In this document: positions 10,395 through 23,612 of the stretch, in pieces
Position numbering within the stretch: position 1 is the stretch's first letter
Layout of the letters: each line of letters starts with the position of its first letter
Origin: a virus
Lineage: Duplodnaviria; Caudoviricetes
Reading direction: 5' to 3' (one strand)
Length of the DNA: 64,000 bases
IMG/VR virus record: IMGVR_UViG_3300026522_000023
Location: 32,001 to 96,000 of that record
Position numbers and translations under genes: made by a program
Notes under the pieces: generated by a model
The model's input: only the letters and a program-made list of their open reading frames with translations
Told to the model about the DNA's origin: nothing
The model's database searches: none

Positions 10395-10486
10395 ATTCTA
10401 TTTATATAACAAAAAAATGGGAGAGGATATACCTCTCCCATTCTATTTATATAACAAAAAAATGGGAGAGGATATACCTCTCCCAT
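10395..10486. repeat. Exact 45-bp tandem duplication containing a terminator hairpin
   Basis: ATTCTATTTATATAACAAAAAAATGGGAGAGGATATACCTCTCCC x2; on the minus strand each copy is hairpin + T7. Confidence 0.9.
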
Positions 10487-10534
10487 ATAATATATGAAAA
10501 TTATTAAAATATTAAACTGAGAAAAGTATCTTAC

Positions 10535-10583
10535 CTTTCATAATAACTGAAAAAATAAAATACTTTCTTAATTTATTTTGTCC
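10535..10583 (-). promoter_or_regulatory. Candidate phage late-promoter motif copy
   Basis: GGACAAAATAAATTAAG...TTTTCAGTTATTATG. Confidence 0.5.
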
Positions 10584-11204
10584 TTATAATACCAACCAAT
10601 AAACATCTAATCCACCATCATTACCAACATATCCTTCTAGGCGAGATAGACGTTCCCAAATCTACTAAACAACCTAATCATCATCAACTACATAATAATC
10701 TTCTTCTTGTGAAATATTATCATAATTTAAACGATTATAAACCTTAATTACATCAGGCTAAGTATTTAAATTAAACATAAGATTATTTGTGTTTTTTTCA
10801 ATATGATAAAAAGTAATCATATATTTCAATAATCCAGTCTTTTTAGTAGCACTATAATTTAAAACCCAAGGAAAAATAATTTTATCTTTCTTTGTAACTA
10901 AATCATAATAAGGAACTGGATAAATACGCTTTTCATTATCAGCATTAATATAACTTACAATACACATCATATTACTTAAATCAACTAAGCCATGATACCT
11001 ATTTACTTCAAAATAAAGTGTCTCAGCAGCATGATCGCCTTCAATAGTAACATAATTATTAGTATTCTCAATTTTTTTAGTCTAAAGATTAATTTTTATT
11101 AATGCTTCATCTTCTGGGCTTGGCAAAGATGGATATTTAATTGGAAAATTTTCATCTTCTAATTGGTATAATAACTGTTGATAATCGGCAGGATTAGTTA
11201 TCAT
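10584..11204 (-). CDS. BppU-N-like baseplate/tail accessory protein (206 aa)
   Basis: GDHAAETLYFEVNRY...DLS...IFPW; paralogous to the N-terminus of the upstream gene. Confidence 0.55.
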
Positions 11205-11217
11205 ACAATCTCACCTC

Positions 11218-12936
11218 TTATCCAAGACGAACTTTATTAGTACTTTTAGTTTTTACGCCCTTCTTAATAGTTACTGTATAAGCAATAGCATTATTAGTAT
11301 TAGCGATAGGAACTATAATAGTATTATTAGTAATTGCTTGAGATATACTATAAACGTTCTTACTGGTATCATCATAGAAATCAATAATAAATTCACCAAT
11401 AGAACCTAACTCATTAGCAATATTTCCAACAGTAATAACATAATTAGTATCATCAATGGCGCAAGAAGCGTTAATATTTATATTAGATATATCTAAGCAA
11501 TGAGTAAATGGATAAATAGAGTTAAATTCTTTACTATCTCTATTCTTTACAGCAACAACCTTTGGTTTATAAACTCCTTCATCAGAAGTTAATACCAATG
11601 TATTTGTATTATTCTCAATTAATGTGCTATCTTTATACCAGCTATAAGCAAATTCAATACCAGCATCTATATTAGGTTTCAACTAAATAGTCTTTTCACC
11701 ATAATAATAAGCACCACTTTCATCATTAGAATCTGGGGCTGGACTATAATTAAATGATAAATCACTTGGCAAGCCAGTAACAATAACAGATAACTCATTA
11801 TTATTTATAACTTGACTCTTATCATTCGCGGTTTTACCATAGGCAGAAACTGTATAAGTGCCTTTTTCAGTAATCTCGCAATAAGCAACTTTCAAATACA
11901 GATTATCTTTTTTCTCTTCAAAGCTGGCCGCATCTAAAATACCACTTACATTATTATAATCAGTACCATTAGCTTCATAATAACTTAATTTACCATTATA
12001 AGTTGTATCAGTAAAAATACTATTTTCACCAGTAAGTTTCATATAATCATACTTTTGTGCCTCACTAATTGGATATGCAGTTCCATTATCAGTGCGAACC
12101 CAATCATATATAATATTGGTACTTTCAATATTATTCTATGTATCATTATATGCTAAAGCATAAATTTTATCGCCAGTAACATATGCTTCTTTTTCATTCT
12201 TAATCCCAGATAAGAAAGCAATAGTATCTGCTACACCACTACCAATACTTTTAGTAGAATCAATTAAAGATTTTAAATAATTATTCATATAATCAACTGG
12301 CTCTGCTGTTAATATATTTTCATCAATATCTAAACCTTTACTAATTGTCATTTGAGCTGGTAAAGTATTTAACATATATTCATACTCTCTATCATTCTTC
12401 TTTTTAAAGAATACAATAGAAAAATATACTGTACCAGGTTGTGCGGTTATTGAATTATCAATAGGCCACTCAAAAATAATTTTTCCACTTTCACTAGTGA
12501 TATCTCTAAAACGAGATTCAGAGAAACCTTTTATACTATCATCAACATACCATTGAACGAAAATACGGATTCCATTTTCAGCTAAATCCTATATATCAAA
12601 ATATCTATCTATTCTAAACCAAATAGTTTCAGCCATATGATCTTTAGCGACATTTAAAAATACTGTCTTACCAAAATCATTACCCAACTTAATACGTCTT
12701 GTATTCGCGTCTATATCTATAATTTGCTCATCTACTGGAACACGAATTACAAATGGATTAGTTGCGGCCATCTTTACAATACCAGTTATATTTTCAAAAT
12801 AATCAGATATACTATTAACTTCTACAAGTTTACCTTTGTCATTAGTAACATTATTATCTTTAGCCAATTTATTGATAGTATTAAAAAAAGTATCCCAATT
12901 ACCATGCTCTTTATTCGTATCAATTCTAGTAATCAA
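11218..12936 (-). CDS. BppU-N-like plus Ig-like domain tail protein (572 aa)
   Basis: Joins four ORF fragments in one frame; KDHMAETIWFRIDRYFDI(Q)DL; YSWYKD Ig-like segment; TTG start. Confidence 0.65.
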
Positions 12937-12955
12937 AACTTATCTCTTCCTTTCT

Positions 12956-13003
12956 AAAAAAATTAGGGTAGATAGATTTTACCTTCTATCTACCCTAATT
13001 TTT
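12956..13003 (-). terminator. Intrinsic terminator
   Basis: AATTAGGGTAGATAGA...TCTATCTACCCTAATT inverted repeat with T run. Confidence 0.75.
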
Positions 13004-13033
13004 AATTAAATTAAATAATCAACATTTGGCCGA

Positions 13034-13234
13034 TTATTCTTCATACCATTCTTCTAATTCATCTTCTGGAACAAGAGGAGATACAGTATAATATTCTTTA
13101 CCATCTTTAGTAACTCGTTTACCATAATCAGCATATAATCTATACATTTTCATAGCAGTAACTCCAGGTAAATGAACGCCAGTCTCAATCGTTCCATTAG
13201 TACCTACATATCTATAAATTGTATCTTTTTCCAT
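13034..13234 (-). CDS. Small tail-associated hypothetical protein (66 aa)
   Basis: AAGGAG RBS; directly follows the giant CotH gene. Confidence 0.7.
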   Translation of the reverse strand: MEKDTIYRYVGTNGTIETGVHLPGVTAMKMYRLYADYGKRVTKDGKEYYTVSPLVPEDELEEWYEE

Positions 13235-13245
13235 AAAAATTCTCC

Positions 13246-16200
13246 TTATCTTACAATTGGATCAAAAGTATATTGACAACCACTATTCTAAATATTAGAA
13301 ATTACTTCATTCATTGCTGCCATAATAGAACTTTCAAATTGAGCACGATAATAATATCTAATAGTACCAGTATACTTATTGCCCTTAGTTGGACCAAATG
13401 CAGTAGATTGAGTTAAAGAATTTGGCATACAAGCAAACTAACTTAATGGATATTTATTAGTACCTAACTGAATTAATAAAGCACCAGTTATTGGATATAC
13501 ATTATCAACTTTGCTACCAATAATATGCATACGACCAAAAGAATTACTATTTAAATTAAGTACTCCGTCTTTACATCCTTCTAAAACGAAAGATTTAGTT
13601 TTTCCACCAATTTGTGTTTCCTAAAAAGCATAACTACCAATATATAAACCTTTTAAGGAAGAGGAATAAGGAATACGTTCAACCTAATTTAAATTGGTTT
13701 TATAGAATGTATAATCACCTATTTTTTCTAAACAATCACTAAATTCAAAATACTATAAATTAGTTGCACCAAAAAATGTTCTACTATCTATTAAAGAAAT
13801 TTTATTACTCAATTTTGGACTAAAATAAATACCAGTAACATTAGTATTCATAATAAAAGCTGTTGCACTTTGACTACCACTAGTATTTTCAATACGAGTA
13901 ATAGATTGTCCATTATAAGTTGATGGCAATGTAATTTTTCCTCCTAAATATTTACACATATCAAAGAAATGTATGTAATAAGTATTATTAGAAGTATCTT
14001 TTCTTATTTCATAATATTGATGATTATCATCATTTTCTAAGATATTATCATAAACATTAACTAATTCTCCAATAGCATAGAAGGTACGATCAGCATATGC
14101 TAACTGTTTATTTAAATCAATTCTTACGCCATCTGGACTATCAGCAGCCCAGCCTGTTTGTTTCCAAGTTGTTTCAAAAGAAATCAATCCTTGCGCTGGA
14201 CGTGTTTCATCAGTATTAAAGTCATCCGCGTTGTTCTTATAGTAATAGAAATTATTAGGAACGGTGATTCTAGTACCGTATAAATAAGTTCCAGTTATCT
14301 TAGAAATACCATCACCATTCACAAAAGTAATTTCATATGATTTACGTTCGAATCCTGCAGTAAATACATAGTCTAATTTATTTGAATTTAACGTTAAGGT
14401 ATTCCAATTGTTTGAAGTAATCTAATCCTTTTTGTTTTCGTCTTTATCAACTGTAATTATGAAATTATTATTTTCATCTTTCCAGCCTTTAAAATCATCA
14501 ATAGGACGCTTTTCCTACAAAGTACCAAATGAAATATAATTATTCTTTGTTTTATCTGTAGGATCATCAAAGAAGGTTTGAGAAGAAGAACCGTCAGCAT
14601 TCTTAATTAACTTCTAAGTTTTTAAGATTTCTTGAGCAATAACATTTCCATCTTCATCTGTTTCTTCAACAATAAATTTTACAGAGTATTCCTTATTAAC
14701 ATTTTTTACAAAAATTGTTAAATTAGGATAAATAGATTGAAGTTCATTTTGAATAATATGCTCATCAATAGCTTCATTATTTTCAATATATACAATACCT
14801 GTGATATTAGGATTTTTCTAGTTTATACCTTTAAAAGTATTATCTTTATTATAAATCTAAGATTCATCATAAATTTTCTTTAGTAAGTCAGTGTAATTTA
14901 CTATTTTACTATGGATTTCCTCATAGCCATTTACCGTTTCATCAAGGTAGTAAATTAATCCATTCTTAATATCTAACGTAGTAATTTTACTAACTTCATT
15001 ATATGGGATTACATCTAATTGAAAATGTCCGTTATCTTTAAAGTATTGAACATTATCAGGATCTAATTCAATTTTATCATCATTCAATAATCTATATGGA
15101 CTCCATTGAACATCAACAAAATTAATTTCGCAATCTTTTAAATTACTTTTTTTACAACCAAGATAATAACGTCTTAATAACTCATAACTATAATATCCAA
15201 GATTGCCGCCTTCAATATCCATAGTTTTAATTTTAGTTTCAATTTGGTCATCATCTTTATCTGTTAAATTCTAGATATATAATCCTTTATTTTCATCTGC
15301 TACAACCAATCGTCTTGTAGTCGAATTAAGCGTAGGATTAACATAAGTAGTAATTAATTTATTTAATAAATTTGCTTCAATTAAAGTTAAATAATTAGTT
15401 TCACTAGTTAAATAAAGCGTATCTAATGCTACGCCTTTTGCAAATTCTACTCTTGGAATATTAGATCCAGTATTTCTAAAATTTTCTAATTTTTCACTTT
15501 TAGTTAAATTTAATGCTGGCTAATCTTTCTTAAAAGTAATATTACATAGATTCATTTCTTTTAATAAAGGCATACCAGTTTTAGGATAAGACCAATCATT
15601 AACATCTTTATTAAAATAAGCATATGGCTAACCATCTTCAATAGCAAGACCATCATAACCCAATAATAAATCTGTCATTTTATCTGCTTTACCTTCCATA
15701 GCAAATTCTTGGAAATATAATTTACTTAAATCTCCTAAAGATTTCATCTAATCAGTACCATAAATATAATATAACTATTCACGATAATTACCACTAGACA
15801 TAATACCTTTCTTTAAATCAGGAGCCGTAAATTTAACTGGACTTAATCCATTATATTTCTAAGAAGCAAAATTTGCTCCATCAGTACCAACAGTAACATA
15901 TGAATTACGTGCTGGCTACATTTCAATCCAATATTCGCCGTCAAAAATATGATTCTTTTCACCATATTCAATATTATCTTTCCAATATTGAGCATTAGTA
16001 ACTAAATTAGTCATACCTTGAGTATTAGTACCTTCAATCCATTTATCAGAAGTATTCTTTGGGTTATTCGCAGAAATACGACTTCTAATAAAATTACCTC
16101 CACTACCACTAGCATAACCATCAACAGTTAACCAAGAATCAATATAGTTAAGACGATTAGATAAAAATTGCGCGCGATATAAGTTACGGTCACCCTATAA

Positions 16201-19200
16201 AGCATAAAAATATTGGTCAGTTTCTACCGCATATTTGCCTTCATTAGTTAAACGACCAAATATAGTATTTTCAGCGGCTGAATTAGTAGGAATAATATAT
16301 TTATATTCTTCATCTAAATTTAATGCCAATAATGGGCGGTCACCCTTCACAGCATAACTATCAGGGAACACTGAAGGATCAGTTTTATACCATTTATCAA
16401 CAATCGCACTTTTATCACTATTGGTATCAGAATCTTTAGCAAAAATCTAAGTTACTTTAGATGGAGTATAAGACCCATTACTAAATCCCATTAATTGCTT
16501 ATATTTATCTACAATTTTGCTCTTAAAAAATTGATAAAAATTATTCCACAATACACTATCATTAGTAGAAAAACTTCCATCAATAGTGGCATCAACGTAA
16601 TATTCAAATGATGGAATACCAGTATTATTAATACCTAATTGAGTATCAATATCATAGAAAATTGGATACCAAATATAATGTTGAATTCCAGTCGCTTTTT
16701 CGATATTATTCTTTTGTGGACCCCACGAAGCAAACATCGCATTTTTACCACGAGAGTCATAACATTCAAAAATTTCAGTCATTAAGAAATAAGTTGCTAA
16801 ATATTCAATATTAAAATAATTACTTAACTCATTCTTAAATTTTGTTTGACGATATTCTTTACAATCTTTAGTATATGTTACTCCACCATAAGTAACAGGA
16901 GCCGGTAATAACCATCTATCATCAATATTAGCTTCATTCTGAATTAACTAATAATAAGATTCATTGGCATTAAATCTATCATTACTAATAGTATAAATAT
17001 TATTTTTTTCATCTTGTAAAATATAGTATATACCAGTCTTATAAACTTTATTTTCATTATTAGTTAAAGTAATTAAATTATAATCTATTCCATTTAATTT
17101 ATAATACTTTATTTCAGAATTAAATTCATCATTAGAAATTCCATATATATCATTACCCGCATCATTAGTTCCGGTAACTACATAATATTTTCCTTTTTCG
17201 TATAAAGCTTCTGCTAATCCATCTACTAAATTATATTGACCAATAGAAGGAATTTCATATAAAGTTCCACCAAAATCAATACTACAATCTAAGCAAGTAC
17301 TCCAAACCCAACTAACAGCATCCTCCCAGTTAGACATTAATGCTAGTAATAATTCACGAGAGGTATTAGCATTAGTACTATCAAATTTAACAGATTCCTA
17401 CCCTGGATTTGTAATAGTTATTTCAGTAGATTGTTGACCCGTAGTTTCATCAGTAATTTTATTAACTTTGATTCTATCTGGAGCCGTATTGGCTATACCA
17501 TTAACCCAGTCAGGTAAATCATCAGCGTAACTACCTGAAGCAGTATCTTTACATTCGAATAAAGCTTTTGAAATTAAATCATCATTAGCATTATATCTAA
17601 CTTCAAAAGAATCGGCTACCATTGGAGCACCATGAGTAGTTACCCCATTATTATTATCCATAATTGGAGGTCTAAATGATAATTTATAACGATTCCAAGG
17701 ATCGCGGAAAGAACAATAAGTTCTTGAGTTATTCTAGAACTCCCAACATTCAGCAATATCTCTTACTTTTGGTTTTCCTTCAATCTAATTCTATAAAACT
17801 TTTTTATTAGGCTTAAATCCAAAACATTCATCAGAGCCTTTGTCCAATAACATATTATATTTACCAATATATATAATATCACTTTCATTATTATATTGAT
17901 TATTATTGTCTGAAGGCCAATGGAAAGCTAAAACAGGGAATCCTTTCATGGAAGTTCTATAGTCATCAGTATTTCCATATAAATCATAGTTATCAAAAGA
18001 ATCTTTATAATCACAAATTGGATGCTATGAATAAGTTCCATTAACCAAATTAGCAAAACCTCGGTTATAATCACCAGAAGATTCCATAAAATCTATTTTT
18101 AATGTAAATTTATTTGTACCGACTGTCTCATTATCCATATAGAAGAATTCAATAAAGCATTTGCTATTTTTATTTAAAGTATTATTAGTTTTATCTTCTT
18201 CATATAATTTTTCAAATGGACCTTTATTCATAAACATTACATTTTTACATTTAGCTTTATAATTACGACGAGGATAATTTCTAGAAGAAGTTCCCTAAAC
18301 CTAAAAAGTACATCCATCAATAGTAGTAGTAAAACTAGGACAATGATGCATATAATAATTTTGGACAGGAGTGTAAATAACTTCTTTAGTTACACTATCC
18401 AAAATCGGAGGCCATTTTACAGGATCTAAATTTACTATATTATCTAGTTCACCACGAGCATAGGCAGCATCCAAAGGTACATTTATAAATTCTAAAGTAC
18501 CCGCTTGCGCGCCTTTATCTTTAGAATAAGGCAATCTATTCTAAGTATTTTCATTATTATTAGCAGTAGTTCGTAAAATAATATATGGCATCAAAGGTTC
18601 ATCTTGATGAGCGCTATTATAAGCTTTCATTCGCTGATAAGAAAAAACTTCATCTTGAATATCAGCTCGAGATTCATATAAATCTTTCTAATCCCAATAC
18701 TTAATATTTTTTTTATCAAAAGCATAATTCTATACAACTTCATGAATAGATAAATCTGTGTCATATACTCTAATACTATACAAATCAATATCACAAGTAT
18801 TAGACATAAATTTAATTACATCAGAATTAATACTCCACATTGAAGAACCACTACGACGAGCAACGCTAGTTAAAACACCATTCATAAAAATTTCTAATAA
18901 CTTAGAGTTGCCACCAACCATGCCTTCTTTTGCCTTTGTATAAACAAAAGTTAAATTTAACATCTTATCTTCAACAAAATCAACAGATACAGTTTCTTCT
19001 TTGCCATTTGCAGTAAATGTAGCGTCCTATGGACTAAAATAAATACCCAATGGATCTTCTTCTGAGCCATAAGCGCAAATTAAATTATTTTTTAAATCAA
19101 AAATCTACTCTAATCTATCATAAGTTAATTCATCATAAGTTGGAACTTCTGGATGTTTAGGTAAATATTCCTAAGTTAAGAAAGTATCATAATTTAAATA

Positions 19201-21021
19201 TGTACTCTGATTTCGGAATTCTTTCCAAGCATCATCATCAGTCCAATCCTATTTAGAAGAATCTGCTTCATCACTGGCTTTATAACGAGTATATTTAGTA
19301 ATAACCTTAGTATAATTCTAAGGATTTCTAATTTTAAATTGAATTTCAATAGTATGCGTAGAGGTAGCACTACCATTATCAAACTCCAATGAACCAATAG
19401 GAATAGAAATTTCAGCACCATTACTAATTCTTAAACAAGTTACATTATTTTCATCAAATAGCCAACCATTATTATACCAGTTAAAATTCTTAAACGTTGC
19501 ACGCTTACCATTAATTTCAAGAGTTTCTCTGCTTAATTTACTTTCTGAATTTGAACGTCCAGTAGCAACAAAATTAACTTTTAAATCACTTTCACGCGCT
19601 AACTTCATATCACGTAATGGATCAACTGAAATATCAAAAGTAAAATTACGAGAATAATCATACGGTTCTGTACCGACTTTAATAGTATAATAAGCGCTAT
19701 CATTTACAGCAAGATTAGTAATTTCCCAATATTCCCATTCAGCATTATTAGAAGTAATTTGTCTTGTACCAATTAATACACCATTTTTATATAAATAGAC
19801 TGTGGCAATTTGATTATTTGGATCTAATACTTTAAAAGGAATTCTAATTGTTTCATAAGTATAGTATTCTGTTTTAAAATTACCAGTCCAAATTAAAGGA
19901 ATTAAGCTCGTTCTATCTCTAATAGCAATTTCTTTAGTAATAAATGGCGTTCCATTACCTTTTATTCCATTCTAAGATAAATATAATTTTGCTTTAATAG
20001 TATGTTCTCCATGAGTAAAAACATCTTTTAAAGTAGTCGCTTTAGTTGAATTTAAAATAACTGTATCAGCAGTAATAGTAAAATCATCATTAGCTTGATT
20101 AATGTTATCTCCTTTATATTCTCTATTCAAAACTAGATAATCATCAAAATATACTTCTATAGTACGTTCTACTCCACTTGACATTAACCATGCTGTTCTC
20201 ACTGAACCATCATCAAAAGGATAAATATTAGAAAAATTATCTTCTTTCCAAGATAAATCCAAAGCATGTTTTGTAATAAATACAGTACGTTTAGTTGGAG
20301 CTAAAAATTTATTATTTTCAGGGTCTGGATTGTTAGTAATATCAAAAGTAATTTGATGAGTAGTTGAATCTCTTAATACTTCTGTTAAATCAAATGTTTG
20401 AGCAACATTATGATTGAATACAACTCTATCACTTTGCCAAATTACTTCATATCCTTCGCCAGATTTGCTTTGCTAGCTAACTGTTATTTGACCTTCTACA
20501 GACTCTGCTTGCGGCACGTTATCTATAGTACGGCACTTAACTAAAACAGTCACACTAGCCTATTCATTATTTAAAATATCTTGTGTACAATTTAAAGTTA
20601 AAGAAGTAGAACCTAGTACTTTTTTTTCAGAGCTTTCGTCACTTCCCCCACCCATTGTTAATTTTTCACATTTTGCACATTCTTCTCGATCTTCATTTAA
20701 TCCAGTTCCTATAATGCGATAAAAGCATCCATCTGAATTTAAAATTAAATCATTTATATGATAATTTGTTGTTGATAACTTACCAATCTCAATTAAATAA
20801 TCAATAGGATTCTCATCTATATCATATTCAATTTCTGCGTTATCATCAGTACCATATATTACCTATACGCCACTAGAACCAATGGGTAATTTATTCTCGT
20901 CGGCAGTATCTAAATAAATGCGGCCAGTATCAGTGGCAACATAAAAATATCCTTCAGTCTAAGGAAAATTTTTAATCTTTTCTTCTAGGCCTTGTACTGG
21001 ACGGAAATGAATTTTAGACAT
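13246..21021 (-). CDS. Giant 2591-aa virion-associated protein with CotH-kinase-like domain and LRR-like C-terminal region
   Basis: Ten track fragments share one frame from ATG 21021 to TAA 13246. Motifs V(Q)GTSSRNYPRRNYK, KIDFMESSG, GFPVLAF, YIGKYN, CWEF, YDSRGKN, WYPIFYDIDTQLG; then Leu-rich repeats (LGDLSKL, LEKLENF). Confidence 0.8.
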
Positions 21022-21043
21022 ATTTTACTCCTTTCTATCCTAT

Positions 21044-21085
21044 AAAAAAATTATGGGGAAAGAAGAACACCTTCTTTCCCCATAA
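21044..21085 (-). terminator. Intrinsic terminator
   Basis: TTATGGGGAAAGAAG-aacac-CTTCTTTCCCCATAA with T7 on the minus strand. Confidence 0.8.
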
Positions 21086-21092
21086 AAACATT

Positions 21093-21141
21093 CTTCTATA
21101 TAAGAAGAAAAAATTATAAGCAAAATTAATTTATATTGGCC
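21093..21141 (-). promoter_or_regulatory. Candidate phage late-promoter motif copy
   Basis: GGCCAATATAAATTAAT...TTTTCTTCTTATATAG. Confidence 0.5.
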
Positions 21142-22827
21142 TTAAAAGCTACCCCATTGTAATTCAACATTAATTTTAGCAGCTTCTGTACTACTACCAT
21201 TAACACACTCAACAGCTAATGTGTTACTATTAATTGCAATAGGAGCTAATTCTGTATCTACTTTATCTACTTTAACTACTGGAGTTAAAATATTACCATT
21301 ACCAGCATGAGGAGCAGCTTCAATTATAGCATGAGTATCTTTTAATGTATAAGTTTTAGGAGTAACTTGTAAAATATGACCATTACTATCAATTTCAGTA
21401 GGATCTTGAATAGTAATTTCTAAACTACCATTTGAACCATATTCAAGAGTTTTAGAAATAGCAGTAGCATTTGATTTCTTTGTTGCTACATGTTTTAAGG
21501 TAACTACTTTTGTTTTATTAGTAGTAACTGCTTCAACTTGCAAACTATCATCGGTAGCAATTTCAAAAGTAAGAAGTTCATCATCTAATCCTCTAAAAAT
21601 TGAGAAATTAGGATTAGATTTATTAGCTCCTAATGTATCACCAATTTCAACTAAAGGTTCATCTGCCGAAGGCACATAGACCCAAGTTAATTCATCGCTA
21701 GGAATTAAACCATTTGCCCCTTCTTCACCAGAAGCAATAAATAAATCTCCTTGACGTACCTTATAACCATTATATAAACTCTCATTGGCATCATTATAAA
21801 TAAATACATCACCATTATGCAAATTAGAAGTAGTATAATTTGTATTTTCAAATGTAAATACTCCATCAGCAATTCTAGTAATGGCTCCACGATAAACCAT
21901 TGCATTTAATGTACGATTAAGATTATCAATTTCATCTTTTGTATATACATCTAAAGTAGCCGCTCCATCTGTAAAATGGACAGAAACTGGATCATCAACA
22001 CCATAAGTAATAAGAGGATCAATGGTCTAAGAAATTTGTTGACCTTCAACGGCACTACCAGTAACAGTAAATTTAAAACCTTCTCTTGCATTATCAACAG
22101 TAAAATCTTCAACTTTATTCTTTAAAGTTAATTTATACTAATTAGATTCTGCATTAACAGTTTCAAAATTTAAATTATCATCTGGAATAATAGCAACAGT
22201 AGTGCCGCTATCATTTTCAACACCAATATTTTTTAAAGTAATATTTAATTTTTGATGAGTTGTATCTTCAGCAGAAACATTTTCAATAGAACTCTATAAT
22301 TTATAATCAATACCATCTAATTTAAAAGTTACAATATTATGAATAGTATCTACATCAAGAGTAATATGTTCTCCACCGACAAGAGTATGAACTTGAGTAA
22401 TTGAATTTCCAGCACTATCAGCAATAGTCTAAGTAATTGTCGCTTTATTTGCTTCCGGATAACCTACTTCAATTGAACTAGTTTCACTACTTAGCGTAGT
22501 ATCAACATTAGTCTAAACCCAATTTTTACCATTACTAATACAAAGAATATTATCCTTATTAACATAGTAAAAATTACCTGCATTTAATGCATTAGGAGTT
22601 GGTAAGTTTGCGGTAGTTTCAACATTCGTAATACCCTAATTAACAGGGGCAATATTAGTCGAATTAACACCATAATATAATCTACCTGGTTTGCCTAACG
22701 AATCAGCAGTTGCTCCAGCAGTATCATCAATTACTAAATAAAAAGCACCAGGCTAATATCTGCCAGCTGCACATAAAGCTTCAAATTGGGCTTGAGTACC
22801 TTTTAAAAATTTTACAGCTTCACTCAT
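21142..22827 (-). CDS. Tail/head fibre-like protein (561 aa)
   Basis: MSEAVKFLKGTQ...GAFYLV; AMVYRG...GDLFIA...WVYVPS; ends LQWGSF. Confidence 0.7.
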
Positions 22828-22835
22828 TTATTATT

Positions 22836-23528
22836 TCACTCTCCTTTAATATCTTTCCAAGTTAAAGTATTTTCAAGAGCACTTACACGATTAGTTAAAT
22901 CAGTAGAAGTCTCTAAGAATGTATTAACTTGACTTATAGTTTCCTCAGATAATGTACCAACAACTTTTTTCCAAATACCATCAGCTGCTAAAAATCTATC
23001 AGCAGAACCCTTAGTTGGCACAGGAACTAAACCGCTAATACCATCTTCAGTTTCAGTAGCTCCTGTCATTATTGTACCAACAGGAATTGACATCCATGCA
23101 CCGCTGTCAGTTAGAACTTTTCCTTCAATGCCATTTGGATTAACTGGGATAAGTCCATTTTCAGTACCATTAAAAACAGGAATACATTTAACAACATTTT
23201 CTTTTGTTAAAATTCTATCAACCAATGAACTAATTAAAGTTTCATTATTAGTTAATTGAGTATTAACCCAACGAGTACCATTATAAATTAATACATCATC
23301 AGTATTTAAATTATTGATAACTATATCAGCTAATTCTGATAGCTTACCAGCAGTATTTAAACCACTACTAATTAAACGAGTACCTAAATATAATTTACCT
23401 GAATTATCTTCAGCACTAGTAATAAAGTATAAAGTATCTTCATCCTTAATCTTTAAAGAATCATAAGCGACTTGAGAACCTCTTTGGAATTTAACATATT
23501 TTTGGGTAATATCTGGCAATTTAATCAC
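22836..23528 (-). CDS. Fibre-like protein (230 aa)
   Basis: VKFQRGS...DTLYFI; GAT...GLVPVP...RFLAADGIW fibre repeats; no TAG. Confidence 0.7.
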   Translation of the reverse strand: MIKLPDITQKYVKFQRGSQVAYDSLKIKDEDTLYFITSAEDNSGKLYLGTRLISSGLNTAGKLSELADIVINNLNTDDVLIYNGTRWVNTQLTNNETLISSLVDRILTKENVVKCIPVFNGTENGLIPVNPNGIEGKVLTDSGAWMSIPVGTIMTGATETEDGISGLVPVPTKGSADRFLAADGIWKKVVGTLSEETISQVNTFLETSTDLTNRVSALENTLTWKDIKGE

Positions 23529-23542
23529 TCCTTTTTCTGTTT

Positions 23543-23591
23543 CTCCTTTTATTTATAAAAGTTATCTCAATAAATTTATAAAAGCTTGGCC
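23543..23591 (-). promoter_or_regulatory. Candidate late-promoter motif copy overlapping a terminator hairpin
   Basis: GGCCAAGCTTTTATAAA...CTTTTATAAAT; hairpin AAAGCTTGGCC...GACCAAGCCTTT at 23581-23608. Confidence 0.4.
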
Positions 23592-23612
23592 TATTAGACC
23601 AAGCCTTTATTA

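Noticed and set aside
10395-10486. CRISPR-like repeat, and the duplicated peptide at the start of ORF 10226-10486
   Set aside because: Only two directly adjacent copies with no spacer. The peptide repeat is a translation of the duplicated terminator; the real start is ATG 10378 with an RBS.
13246-14400. Diversity-generating retroelement target in the LRR C-terminus
   Set aside because: No reverse transcriptase gene and no TR/VR repeat pair is visible in the window.
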